This document shows, piece after piece, positions 41,301-49,927 of a stretch of 64,000 bases of DNA (position 1 is its first letter; every line of letters starts with the position of its first letter). The notes under the pieces are model-generated. The model was not told where the DNA came from and did not search any database. It saw only the letters and a program-made list of their open reading frames with translations. A program made the translations under genes and the position numbers. Location: contig CBDBBI010000010.1 in the NCBI GenBank assembly GCA_965202625.1, forward strand, positions 2,368,001 through 2,432,000, given 5' to 3'. This stretch comes from a bacterium (GTDB lineage: Bacteria > UBA8248).

Positions 41301-43083
41301 CGTCGGCAATCCGCCCTGGTCGGCGGGACAAAGGAGCGCGGCGGACGAGAACCAGAACGTGAATTATCCCGAACTGGAGCGGCGCGTGACCGAGACCTAC
41401 GCCGCCCGCTCCAGGGCGACGAACAAGAACAGCCTCTACGATTCCTACAAGATGGCGATGCGCTGGGCGTCCGACAGAATAGGGGAGGAGGGCGTGGTCG
41501 CCTTCGTCACCAACGGCTCGTGGATCGACGGCAACGCGGATTCCGGCGTGCGCGCCTGCCTGGCGGAGGAATTTGACAAAATATACGTTCTGAATCTGCG
41601 AGGCAACGCGAGAACTTCCGGCGAGCGAAGGCGCGCGGAAGGGGACAACGTGTTCGGCCAGGGCTCCCGTGCGCCCGTGGCGATCGCCATCCTCGTCCGC
41701 TCCGCAAGGGAGCGGAAAGGCATCTTCTATAAAGATATTGGGGATTACCTCAAGCGGGAGGAGAAGCTGGCGTTTCTGCGCGATGCGAAGTCAATCGCCG
41801 GAATCGACGACTGGCGGAAGATCACCCCCGACGCCCACCACGACTGGATAGGGCAGCGCAGCGCGGCGTTCCAGCGGCTCTATCCGGTGGGGTCGAAGGA
41901 GGCGAAGGCGGGCCGGGCGAACGATACGATTTTTAGTTTATATTCACAAGGTTTGGCGACCAACCGGGACGCCTATATCTACAACTTCTCCCGCACGGCT
42001 TGCGCGGAGAACGCCCGCAAGATGGTTGCGGATTACGCCGCCGCCTTGTGCGAACTGGAAGAAGCCGGAAGCCGGACTCTCGACCTGGACGCCATCACAC
42101 GCCGCCATTCCGCAAACCTTCGGTGGGACAGGGAACTCAGGAACAATCTGAGACGCGGGAAACACGCTGCGTTTGATGACGCCTATGTTTGGAAGGCCGC
42201 ATATCGCCCCTTTGTGAAGACGAACTGTTACGCTGATTACACTTTCGCACACTGCAAGTTCCAAGTAGACCGCATCTTTCCGTCCGCCGATAGTGAGAAC
42301 CGCGCCATTTGCATCTCCGGTATCGGCTCCGCCAAACCTTTTTCCGCCCTCTTGGTCGATACGATGCCGGATTTGAATTTTAACGCGGCGGGTGCCCAGT
42401 GCTTTCCGCGTTATCGGTATGAGAAGCCCGCAGGCCAGGACGTTCTGCCGAATATCGCCGGCGGCATGGAGCGGGTGGACAACGTGACGGACGCCGCCCT
42501 GCGCACCTTCCGCGTCCGCTATGGCGAGGATGGAATAACCAAGGACGACGTTTTTGATTACGTCTATGGCGTCCTCCACGCCCCCGACTACCGAGAGCGT
42601 TTCGCGAACGACCTGGCGAAGGAGCTGCCGCGCATCCCTCTGGCGTCTGGTTTTCACGCCTTCTCCGCCGCCGGGCGCGCCCTCGCCGCCCTGCATCTGG
42701 GCTATGAGACCTGTGCGGAGCATCCGCTGGAAGTCGCCTTTTCAGGCGTGGGGCAGCCGCGCGACGCGGATTTCCGCCTCGGGGCGCGCGCCATGCGCTT
42801 CGCCGACAAGGAGGAGAAGACGACCCTCATCGTGAACGAGCACGTCCGGCTGGAAGGCATCCCGAAGGCGGCACACGGCTACGTCGTGAACGGAAGGACG
42901 CCCCTGGAGTGGCTCATCGACCGCTACCGATTCGTGAAGGACAAGCACAGCGGCATCGTGAACGACCCCAACGGCTGGTTTGATAACCCGCGCGACTTGA
43001 TAGCCGCCGTCCGGCGCGCCGTCTTCCTGAGCGTCGAGACGGCCCGCATCGTGGATTCCCTCCCCCCCGCGCTTGATTCCTGA
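38353..43083 (+). CDS. Type ISP restriction-modification enzyme (nuclease-SF2 helicase-N6 methyltransferase-TRD)
   Basis: GIDLVAEE..AIQCK nuclease; MACGTGKT, DEAH, MTATP, QAVGRAMRK helicase; DPFTGTG and GNPPW methyltransferase; YRPF, ELPRIP; start uncertain (38260-38374). Confidence 0.93.
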   Translation: MGCNFQTMLAQIRAISDSEAQKGRIFERVMKKFFGEDPLYGARFSRVWLWPEWAAAHEGFDGQDMGIDLVAEERAGGYCAIQCKCYAPETRISRAHIDSFISASSRPIFTARILVDTGHPWGPSAKKTIAGLHPKCDVRYLDDLLNQCFDWPDLVRGTPEDLRYRRETFRLRPHQRAAFQDVIAGFRTHDRGKLVMACGTGKTFTALRIAEECAGVGGRALYLVPSISLFAQSMREWATHKEIPHRYVGVCSDTRAGRTDEDASMEELEIPVTTAPRKISNALGATSGDAMTIVFCTYHSLRLVEDAQKAGAPPFDLIVCDEAHRTTGVERPEGKETSPFVLVHDAERIKAKKRLYMTATPRLYTESAKKKAARHDVEVFSMDDAAIYGPEFHRLPFSRAVEQDLLSDYRVVVFGVYEQQVDAALQAHIAEGENALDITDAAKVVGCWRALQNPENIKKKEATPPRPLRCAIAFTNTIRGSKRLEARWGDVVARARDLLPEEERENALRCETKHVDGQHNALERKLRLDWLKGDSTDCNGACRILSNARCLSEGIDVPALDAVLFMNPRNSHVDVVQAVGRAMRKAEGKEYGYIILPVAVPAGMDPARALDDNERFAAVWSVLRALRSHDDRFDARINQIDLNQKLPENLIIFTGDDDVEAETAELPFPPLELPPGAMFAKIVEKCGDRKYWQTWAKDVADIFARLVAGIQNLLKSPENETLREWFGDFHAELQVSINGSITGENAAHMMAQHVLTRPVFDALFEGYDFAGKNPVSQALDALRRDFGEFGFEDEIQDMAPFYESVRTRARGLDSPEARQRVLMELYENFFATAMKKDADRLGVVYTPPEVVDFILHSADHVLREEFGRSLSDAGAHVLDPFTGTGVFLVRLLQSALVRDADLSRKYHRELHANEIVLLAYYIAAVHVEEAYHGRARADAYAPFEGIALTDTFNLASDRALPGTWLPDNSKRVERQRKAPIRVIVGNPPWSAGQRSAADENQNVNYPELERRVTETYAARSRATNKNSLYDSYKMAMRWASDRIGEEGVVAFVTNGSWIDGNADSGVRACLAEEFDKIYVLNLRGNARTSGERRRAEGDNVFGQGSRAPVAIAILVRSARERKGIFYKDIGDYLKREEKLAFLRDAKSIAGIDDWRKITPDAHHDWIGQRSAAFQRLYPVGSKEAKAGRANDTIFSLYSQGLATNRDAYIYNFSRTACAENARKMVADYAAALCELEEAGSRTLDLDAITRRHSANLRWDRELRNNLRRGKHAAFDDAYVWKAAYRPFVKTNCYADYTFAHCKFQVDRIFPSADSENRAICISGIGSAKPFSALLVDTMPDLNFNAAGAQCFPRYRYEKPAGQDVLPNIAGGMERVDNVTDAALRTFRVRYGEDGITKDDVFDYVYGVLHAPDYRERFANDLAKELPRIPLASGFHAFSAAGRALAALHLGYETCAEHPLEVAFSGVGQPRDADFRLGARAMRFADKEEKTTLIVNEHVRLEGIPKAAHGYVVNGRTPLEWLIDRYRFVKDKHSGIVNDPNGWFDNPRDLIAAVRRAVFLSVETARIVDSLPPALDS

Positions 43084-43180
43084 CGCCCCTTGCTTCGTTC
43101 ATCCAGTTCTCGCCCCCTTGACGCCGATGCCGCCCGTTTTGCGACCCATCGGGATTCGACGTCCCGCCCCGCGCTTCTCG
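43018..43180 (+). repeat. Direct repeat A, copy 1 (last ~21 codons of type ISP gene plus ~100 nt downstream)
   Basis: Aligns end to end with 44350-44512. Confidence 0.9.
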
Positions 43181-43238
43181 CCTGGCGGCCGTGGCCAGTG
43201 CGGGCCACCATTTCGGATACCGGATGACGGAGGGGGAG

Positions 43239-43463
43239 ATGGAGAATTTCGGCGCCAGCCAGAACAAGCGCGCCGCGCACGTATTCGGAGCGCCGGGGGA
43301 TGGTCCCTCTTTTCCGGCGACCACGGTCGAGAGAGAGGAGGCGCTCTTCCGCCGCTGGGTGCTCAAATACTTCGACCATTGGGCGCCAGAATCCTTCCGT
43401 TGGCTGGCGGAGAAGCTGGGAGGGCGGGCGGAAATCCACCCGGGCGGCCAAGAAAGTCCCTGA
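43239..43463 (+). CDS. Small hypothetical ORF (74 aa) coupled to ATP-grasp gene
   Basis: G/A-rich ribosome site, ATG 43239; stop overlaps next start (TGATG). Confidence 0.4.
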   Translation: MENFGASQNKRAAHVFGAPGDGPSFPATTVEREEALFRRWVLKYFDHWAPESFRWLAEKLGGRAEIHPGGQESP

Positions 43464-44362
43464 TGCGCTTGCCCAGGTTATCGCGAACAACTCTTCTTCG
43501 AGCGATTCTTCCGAAGAACGACTGGGGCGACGCCCTGTACGCTACGCTCTACTACCTGATCCGGCTCGGACGCTGGCCCCGCGGACGCAACCCGAGGCGC
43601 TTCAACGACTACCTCTACAGGCTGAAGGTGGACGGTTCGCTGCAGGATCCACTCTGCGTTTTCACGACGGACAAGGAATACGCGAAATACTTTATCGCCT
43701 CGGTGGTCGGGTGGGAACACACCATCGAGACCTACCGTGTCCTGCGGACGAAAGCGGAAGTCGACGGGCTGGCGCTGGATCGCTTTCCTTGCGTGGTGAA
43801 GCCCACGCACATGAGCGGACCAGCCCAGGTGCACCCTGATGCGGACAGCCCCCTGCACCGAGACCTGCTGAGGGAATGGTTCGCCGCCGACTTCTACCAC
43901 GAGACCAGAGAGCAGAACTATCGTCCGCTCGCTTCGAAGGTCATCATTGAGGAATTCGTCTCCGAAGACGGGCGAACGATACCGGAAGACTATAAGGTCT
44001 TCTGCTTCGGAGGGGCTCCGAAAATCGTCCAGGTGGACCAGGACCGCTTCTCCGGCCACACCCTATCCCTCTTCTACGACACTTCGTGGAACAGGCTGCC
44101 CATCAAGCTCCGCTACCCCGAAATCTCGTCCACCTGCCCCCGACCGGCGATGCTGGAAAAGATGCTTCATATCGCGGAGCGGCTCGCCCGACAGTTCGCG
44201 TTCGTTCGCGTGGACATGTATGCCGTGAACGGCCGGGTGAAGGTGGGCGAGTTGACGCACTGCCCCGTATCCGCCGCCGGATCCGCCGGAGAAAAGATAC
44301 GCCTCTCTTCCGGAGAAATCACGCTGGGCGGGTTTTTTGAACTCGACGTGCCGTCTTCCTGA
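43463..44362 (+). CDS. TupA-like ATP-grasp amidoligase
   Basis: TDKEYAK, VVKPTHMSG, EQNYRP..KVIIEE, DYKVFCFGG, QVDQDRF, FVRVDMY, GELT. Confidence 0.85.
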   Translation: MRLPRLSRTTLLRAILPKNDWGDALYATLYYLIRLGRWPRGRNPRRFNDYLYRLKVDGSLQDPLCVFTTDKEYAKYFIASVVGWEHTIETYRVLRTKAEVDGLALDRFPCVVKPTHMSGPAQVHPDADSPLHRDLLREWFAADFYHETREQNYRPLASKVIIEEFVSEDGRTIPEDYKVFCFGGAPKIVQVDQDRFSGHTLSLFYDTSWNRLPIKLRYPEISSTCPRPAMLEKMLHIAERLARQFAFVRVDMYAVNGRVKVGELTHCPVSAAGSAGEKIRLSSGEITLGGFFELDVPSS

Positions 44363-44512
44363 GCGCCGATGCCGCCCGCATCGTGGATTCCCTCCCCCCG
44401 CGCTTGATTCCTAGCGGGCGTCCGCTTCGTTCATCCATCTCTCGCCCCCTTGACGCCGATGCCGCCCGTTTTGCGCCCCATCGGGACTCGACGTCCCGCC
44501 CCGCGCTTCTCG
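44350..44512 (+). repeat. Direct repeat A, copy 2
   Basis: Near-identical to 43018-43180, including the ARIVDSLPPALDS* coding tail. Confidence 0.9.
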
Positions 44513-44694
44513 TCTCACCAAACCCACTCGCCTGCGCCTCGGATGGGCGCGGAGCGTCCCCGCTTGCGATTCGACAAAAATCATGGCGAACGTCCCGAAA
44601 AATGCCGTTTGAGGGTGCCTGAACGGCTCGTAAAACGGCGTTGCAAAAGTCGTTCAAAAGGTCGTCGAGCGTGATGGCGGCGCGGGCGTCCTCA
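44508..44694. repeat. Element B, copy left of pentapeptide array
   Basis: CTCGTCTCACCAAACCC...GCGTTGCAAAAGTCGTTCAAAAG...GGCGGCGCGGGCGTC shared with 49928-50172. Confidence 0.85.
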
Positions 44695-44731
44695 GTTCGC
44701 GGCTCTCGCTCAGCCGCTTCCACGTCGGCAT
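44654..44731 (-). pseudogene. Stub of a fifth pentapeptide-array unit
   Basis: Same TAAACCATG junction; ATGCCGACGTGGAAGCGGCTGA matches the start at 47445 at 20/22 nt, then homology stops. Confidence 0.7.
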
Positions 44732-44734
44732 GGT

Positions 44735-45991
44735 TTAGCGTCCGCCTTTGTCGTCCGTCTCCGGCGTTGGGCTTTCCGAGATGGCTTCTTCATACTCTTT
44801 AATCCACGCTTCGGCTTGTTCGGGGGTGTAGGCTCCGGTTTCGGCGCCGCTATCCTTCGGCAACCCATAGATTGGCGGCTTGTCGATATGCGGCTCCAGC
44901 CGCTCTCTCAATTCCTGTGCTTTTTCAGCGGACAAGCCTTCGAGGATGGAAACCATATCTTTCATCATCAGTCCGCCCTCGAAAATGACGCCGGAGAGAT
45001 CGCTCTCCCGGCCGACTAACGACCTCATGCGTCTCGCAAACCCATCGGGAATACATATTGTTTCACTGGCCGCCCCCTGCAACTGCGCCCACATGAGACT
45101 CGCCCCTTGCAACTGCGCACCCCCGAGAACCGCTCCTTGCAACTGCGCCTGATTGAGAGCCGCCCCTTGCAACTGCGCGCGCACGAGATCCGCCCTTTGC
45201 AACTGCGCACGCCAGAGACTCGCCCCTTGCAACTGCGCCTGATTGAGACTCGCCCCTTGCAAGTGCGCAACCCCGAGAACCGCCCCTTGCAACCGCGCCT
45301 CCTTGAGATACGCCCCCTGCAAACGCGCGCCCAAGAGATTCGCCCCTCCCAGGCGCGCTTTTAGAAGGTAGGCTCCGTTCAGCCAGCTGCCTGCAAGGTT
45401 GATGTGGAGACCCTGAAAGACGTCATGCTCCTGCACGAAAAGCAGGGTCAGCAGGGTTTGGATTTCCTCGGAAGGCTCCGCCAAGTAAGCCTTTGGATAC
45501 TTGGACTCTCTCGTCGTCCGGCGGACGTGCGCGCAGAGAACGTCGAGCACCGTCCCCCGCAATTCCTGGTTGTCTTCCGCCAGATGGAAGAGCTCGTAGG
45601 CCCCGCCCAGACGAACGGAATCCGATTTGTGGCCCATGTGTTCAATGGCGTTTTTCAGACGCTCCTGCCGCAGCCCCTTCTCGGCGTTCTCGTTGGTCTT
45701 GGCCTGTTCTTCCGTAGCATTGACCTGCGCACGCGCCGTCTCCTCCATCGCCTTGGCGCGCCGGTGGGCTGTCACAGCCTGTATGGCGAGCAGGACGCCG
45801 CCCATGGCGATGCCCAGAGATTTTAGAATCTGATATTTGTTTTCTATTCCGAAGAGGTAAAAAGCCCATTTCGGATCTTCGGAGAAGGCGATGACCGAAA
45901 AAAACACCAACAAACCCACAAGCAGGGATACCAACAAAAAAACGGGCGGGGAGTCTTTCCACCGGGCTTTCAGCCAGTGCAGTGTCGGCAT
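44735..45991 (-). CDS. Membrane-anchored pentapeptide repeat protein (unit 4, intact)
   Basis: 2 N-terminal TM, ERLKNAIEH..VRLGGAYEL helical domain, 10 decapeptide repeats (GAxLxxAQLQ). Confidence 0.9.
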   Translation of the reverse strand: MPTLHWLKARWKDSPPVFLLVSLLVGLLVFFSVIAFSEDPKWAFYLFGIENKYQILKSLGIAMGGVLLAIQAVTAHRRAKAMEETARAQVNATEEQAKTNENAEKGLRQERLKNAIEHMGHKSDSVRLGGAYELFHLAEDNQELRGTVLDVLCAHVRRTTRESKYPKAYLAEPSEEIQTLLTLLFVQEHDVFQGLHINLAGSWLNGAYLLKARLGGANLLGARLQGAYLKEARLQGAVLGVAHLQGASLNQAQLQGASLWRAQLQRADLVRAQLQGAALNQAQLQGAVLGGAQLQGASLMWAQLQGAASETICIPDGFARRMRSLVGRESDLSGVIFEGGLMMKDMVSILEGLSAEKAQELRERLEPHIDKPPIYGLPKDSGAETGAYTPEQAEAWIKEYEEAISESPTPETDDKGGR

Positions 45992-45994
45992 GGT

Positions 45995-47445
45995 TTAGCC
46001 TCCGCCTTTATCGCCTGTCTCCGGCGTTGGGCTTTCCGAGATGGCTTTTTCGTATTCGGCAATCCACGTTTCGGCTTCTTGGCGGGTGTAGGCTCCGGTT
46101 TGTGCGCCGCTCCTCTCCGGCAATCCATAGACTAGCGGCTGGCCGATATGCGGCTCCAGTTCCTTTTTCAACACTTGTGCTTTTTCATTGGACAAGCGTT
46201 CAAGGATGGAATCCACGTCTTCCCTCGTCAATCCGCCACTGAAAATGACGCCGGAGAGTGCGCTCTCACTGCCGACTAACGACCTCATGCGTCTCGCAAA
46301 CCCATCGGGAATATATATTGTTTCACTGGCCGCCCCCTGCAACTGCGCCCACATGAGACTCGCCCCTTGCAACTGCGCACCCCCGAGAACCGCCCCTTGC
46401 AACTGCGTCCTTCTGAGAGACGCCCCATGCAACTGCGCATCCCAAAGATTCGCCCCATGCAACTGCGCATCCCAAAGATTCGCCTCTTGCAACTATCCAT
46501 GAGTATCGCCCCTTGCAACTGCGCGTCCACGAGAACCGCCCCTTGCAACTGCGTATTCCAAAGACTCGCTCCTTGCAGCCGCGCATTTGAAAGGTGGGCG
46601 CCGTTCAGCCAGCTGCCCGCCAGGTGGATGCGGAGACCCGCAAAGACGTCATGCTCCTGCGTGAAAAGCAGGGTCAGCAGGCTTTGGATTTCCTCGGAAG
46701 GCTTCTTCGAGCATTCCTTTTGATACTCGGAACCGCTCGTCGTCCGGCGGACGTGCGCGCAGAGAACGTCGAAAACCGTCCGCCGCAATTCCTGGTTGTC
46801 TTCCGCCAGATGGAAGAGCTCGTAGGCCCCGCCCAGGCGAACGGAACCCGAGTCATCGCCCATGTGTTCAATGGCGTTTTTCAGACGCTCCTGCCGCAGC
46901 CCCTTCTCGGCGTTCTCGTTGGTCTTGGCCTGTTCTTCCGCCGTCCTCTCCATCGCCTTGGCGCGCCTGTGGGCTGTCACAGCCTGTATGGCGAGCAGGA
47001 CGCCGCCCATGGCGATGCCCAGAGATTTTAGAATCTGATATTTGTTTTCTATTCCGAAGAGGTAAAAAGCCCCTTTCAGGTCTTTCTGGAGATTCGGGGC
47101 TTCAAAGAACGAGATGAACAAAAAAGACGCCGCTAAAACCACAAGTAGAGACACCAACAAAAAAACGGGCGGGGAGTCTTTCCACCAAGAAAATATACGG
47201 GTTTTCACAAACGGGATGGCGAGTAAGCCTATGATGATGGTGCCCAAGGCGATGCCCAGAAATTGCAGAATCTGAAATTTGTCACCTATACTGAAGATGT
47301 AATAAGCCCATTTCGGGGTTTCGAAGAACAAGATGACCAAAAAAGACGCCGCTAAAACCACAAGCAGGCACACCAACAGAAAAACGAGCGGGGAGTCTTT
47401 CCGCCAAGACCAGATACGGGTTTTCAACCACTTCCACGTCGGCAT
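45995..47445 (-). pseudogene. Pentapeptide repeat protein (unit 3), frameshifted near 46495, duplicated TM module
   Basis: ORFs 46285-47445 and 45995-46492 join across an apparent 4-nt deletion in one repeat (ATG GAT ^ AG TTG CAA). Confidence 0.85.
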
Positions 47446-47487
47446 GGTTTAGCCTCCGCCTTTATCGTCCGCCTCCGGCGTTGGATC

Positions 47488-48642
47488 TCACGAGATGGCT
47501 TCTTCATACTCCTTAATCCACGCTTCGGCTTCTTCGGAAGTGTAGGCTCCGGTTTGGGCGCCGCTCCCCTCCGGCAACTCATGGCTTGTCTGCTGGCACC
47601 TATGCGGCTCCAGCCGCTCTCGCAATTCCTCTGCTTTTTCATCGGACAAGCCTTCAAGGATGGAATCCATATCTTTCATCATCAGTCCGCCACTGAAAAT
47701 AACGCGGCAGATATCGCTCTTCCGGCCGATTAAAATTTCCATGCGTTCCGCAAACCCATCGGGCCAGCTTCCTGCACTGACCGCCCCATGCAACCGAGCG
47801 TCCCCAAGATCCGCCCCTTGCAACTGCGCATTCTCGAGATTCGCCCCATGCAACCACGCACCCCAGAGCACCGCCCCTTGCAACCGCGCGCCCTGAAGAT
47901 CCGCCCCTTGCAAATGCGCATACCAGAGATTCACCCCTTGCAACTGCGCCTTCCAGAGATTCACCCCTTGCAACCGTGTCCCTATGAGATGCGCCCCTTG
48001 CAGTTGCGTGCCCTGAAGATTCGCCTTTTGCAGGCGCGCATTTTGAAGGTTCGCGCCGTTCAGCCAGCTGCCCGCCAGGTGGATGCGGAGACCCGCAAAG
48101 ACGTCATGCTCTTGCACGAAAAGCAGGGTCAGCAGGCTTTGGATTTCCTCGGAAGGCTTCGTAGGGCACTCGTTTTGATACGCAGCCCCTCTCGTCGTCC
48201 TGCGGACGTGCGCGCAGAGAACGTCGAGCACCGTCCCCCGCAATTCCTCGTTGTCTTCCGCCAGATGGAAGAGTTCGTAGACCCCGCCCAGACGAACGGA
48301 ATCCGAGGCGTTGCCCATGTATTCCATGGCGTTTTTCAGACGTTCCTGCCGCAGCCCCTTCTCGGTGTTCTTCGCCGTCTCCTCCATCGCCTTGACGCGC
48401 TTCTGGGCTGCCACAGCCTGTATGGCGAGCAGGACGCCGCCCATGGCGACGCCCAGAAATTTCAGAATCTGAAATTTGTCACCTATCCCGAAGAGACAAA
48501 AAACCCATTCCGGATCTTCGGAGAAGGCGATGACCAAAAAAACCAGCAACAAACCCACAAGCAGGGATAGCAACAAAAAAACGAGCGGAGAGTCTTTCCA
48601 CCAAGAACAGATACGGGTTTTCAGCCAGTGCAGTGTCCGCAT
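47488..48642 (-). CDS. Membrane-anchored pentapeptide repeat protein (unit 2), stop 13 codons early
   Basis: Same architecture, 9 decapeptides; in-frame tail DPTPEADDKGGG* continues after TGA to 47449. Confidence 0.88.
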   Translation of the reverse strand: MRTLHWLKTRICSWWKDSPLVFLLLSLLVGLLLVFLVIAFSEDPEWVFCLFGIGDKFQILKFLGVAMGGVLLAIQAVAAQKRVKAMEETAKNTEKGLRQERLKNAMEYMGNASDSVRLGGVYELFHLAEDNEELRGTVLDVLCAHVRRTTRGAAYQNECPTKPSEEIQSLLTLLFVQEHDVFAGLRIHLAGSWLNGANLQNARLQKANLQGTQLQGAHLIGTRLQGVNLWKAQLQGVNLWYAHLQGADLQGARLQGAVLWGAWLHGANLENAQLQGADLGDARLHGAVSAGSWPDGFAERMEILIGRKSDICRVIFSGGLMMKDMDSILEGLSDEKAEELRERLEPHRCQQTSHELPEGSGAQTGAYTSEEAEAWIKEYEEAIS

Positions 48643-48645
48643 GGT

Positions 48646-49834
48646 TTAGCCTCCGCCTTTATCGCCCGTCTCCGGCTTTGGGATTTTCGGGGTGGCTTTT
48701 TCGTATTCGGCAATCCACGCTTCTGCTTGTTCGGGGGTGTAGGCTCCGGTTTCGGCGCCGCTATCCTTCGGCAAGTCATGGCTTGGCGGCTTGTCGATAT
48801 GCGGCTCCAGTTTTTTTCTTAATACCTGTGCTCTTTCATTGGATAAGCCTTCAAGGATGGAATCCACGTCTCCCCTCGTCAGTCCGCCCCCGAAAATGAC
48901 GCCGGAGAGCGCGCTCACACCCCCGACTAACGACTTTATCCGTTCTACGAAAAGAAAGGGGTCCCAGATCCCTTCACTGACCACCGCTTGCAATTTCGCG
49001 CCTTGAAGATTCGCCCCTTGCAACTGCGTCTCCCAGAGATTCGCCCCTTGCAACCGTGCAGCACTGAGATTCGCTTCTTGCAACTGTGCGCCCTGAAGAT
49101 CCGCCTCTTGCAACTGCGCACCGAAGAGAATCGCCCCTTGCAACTGCGTATTCCAAAGATTCGCCCCTCCCAGGCGCGCATTTTGAAGGTTCGCGCCGTT
49201 CAGCCAGCTGCCCGCCAGGTGGATGTGGAAACCCGCAAAGCCGTCATGCTCTTGCGTGAAAAGCAGGGTCAGCAGGCTTTGGATTTCCTCGGAAGGTTTC
49301 TCCGGGTAATCCTTGCGATACGCATCCCCGCTCGTCATCCGGCGGACGTGCGCGCAGAGAACGTCGAGCACCGTCCGCCGCAATTCCTGGTTGTCTTCCG
49401 CCAGATGGAAGAGCTCGTAGGCCCCGCCCAGGCGAACGGAATCCGATTTGTGGCCGATGTGTTCGATGGCGTTTTTCAGACGCTCCTGCCGCAGCCCCCT
49501 CTCGGCGTTCTCGTTGGTCTTGGCCTGTTGTTCCGTAGCATCGACCTGAGCACGCGCCGTCTTCTCCATCGCCTTGGCGCGCCTGTGGGCTGTCACAGCC
49601 TGTATGGCGAGAACGACGCCGCCCATGGCGACGCCCAGAAATTTCAGAATCTGAAATTTGCGATCTATCTTGTCATCTATCCCGAAGAGGTAAAAAGCCC
49701 CTTTCAGGATCTTTCTGGAGATTCGGTTCTTCGGAGAACAAGATGAACAAAAAAAGCGCCAAAAGCACCGCTAAAACCGCAACGAGGAACAGCAACAACA
49801 AAAAAACGGGCAGGGAGTATTTTCGGCTCGGCAT
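48646..49834 (-). pseudogene. Pentapeptide repeat protein (unit 1), +1 frameshift near 49709
   Basis: ATG 49834 (MPSRKYSLPVFLLLL) is out of frame with ORF 48646-49626; GATCCTG versus GACCTG in unit 3; 7 decapeptides. Confidence 0.8.
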
Positions 49835-49927
49835 GGACGTTCCACACTCTCCTCAATCGAGCGAAAAGCCATAGCCTAGAACGCCTCCCTATCACCGGTT
49901 CAAGCGGGCTTGCATGGGCGCGCCGCA

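Noticed and set aside
36948-43083. Fic plus type ISP as a novel system
   Set aside because: Both families are established and Fic genes are common beside R-M loci; only the downstream cassette structure is unusual
47488-47490. In-frame TGA in array unit 2 as possible selenocysteine (selA/selB nearby)
   Set aside because: Aligns with Glu/Lys, not Cys, in a low-complexity tail; no convincing SECIS hairpin seen
44735-49834. Diversity-generating retroelement or shufflon explanation for the array
   Set aside because: No reverse transcriptase, invertase or inverted sites recognised in the window; differences do not look adenine-specific
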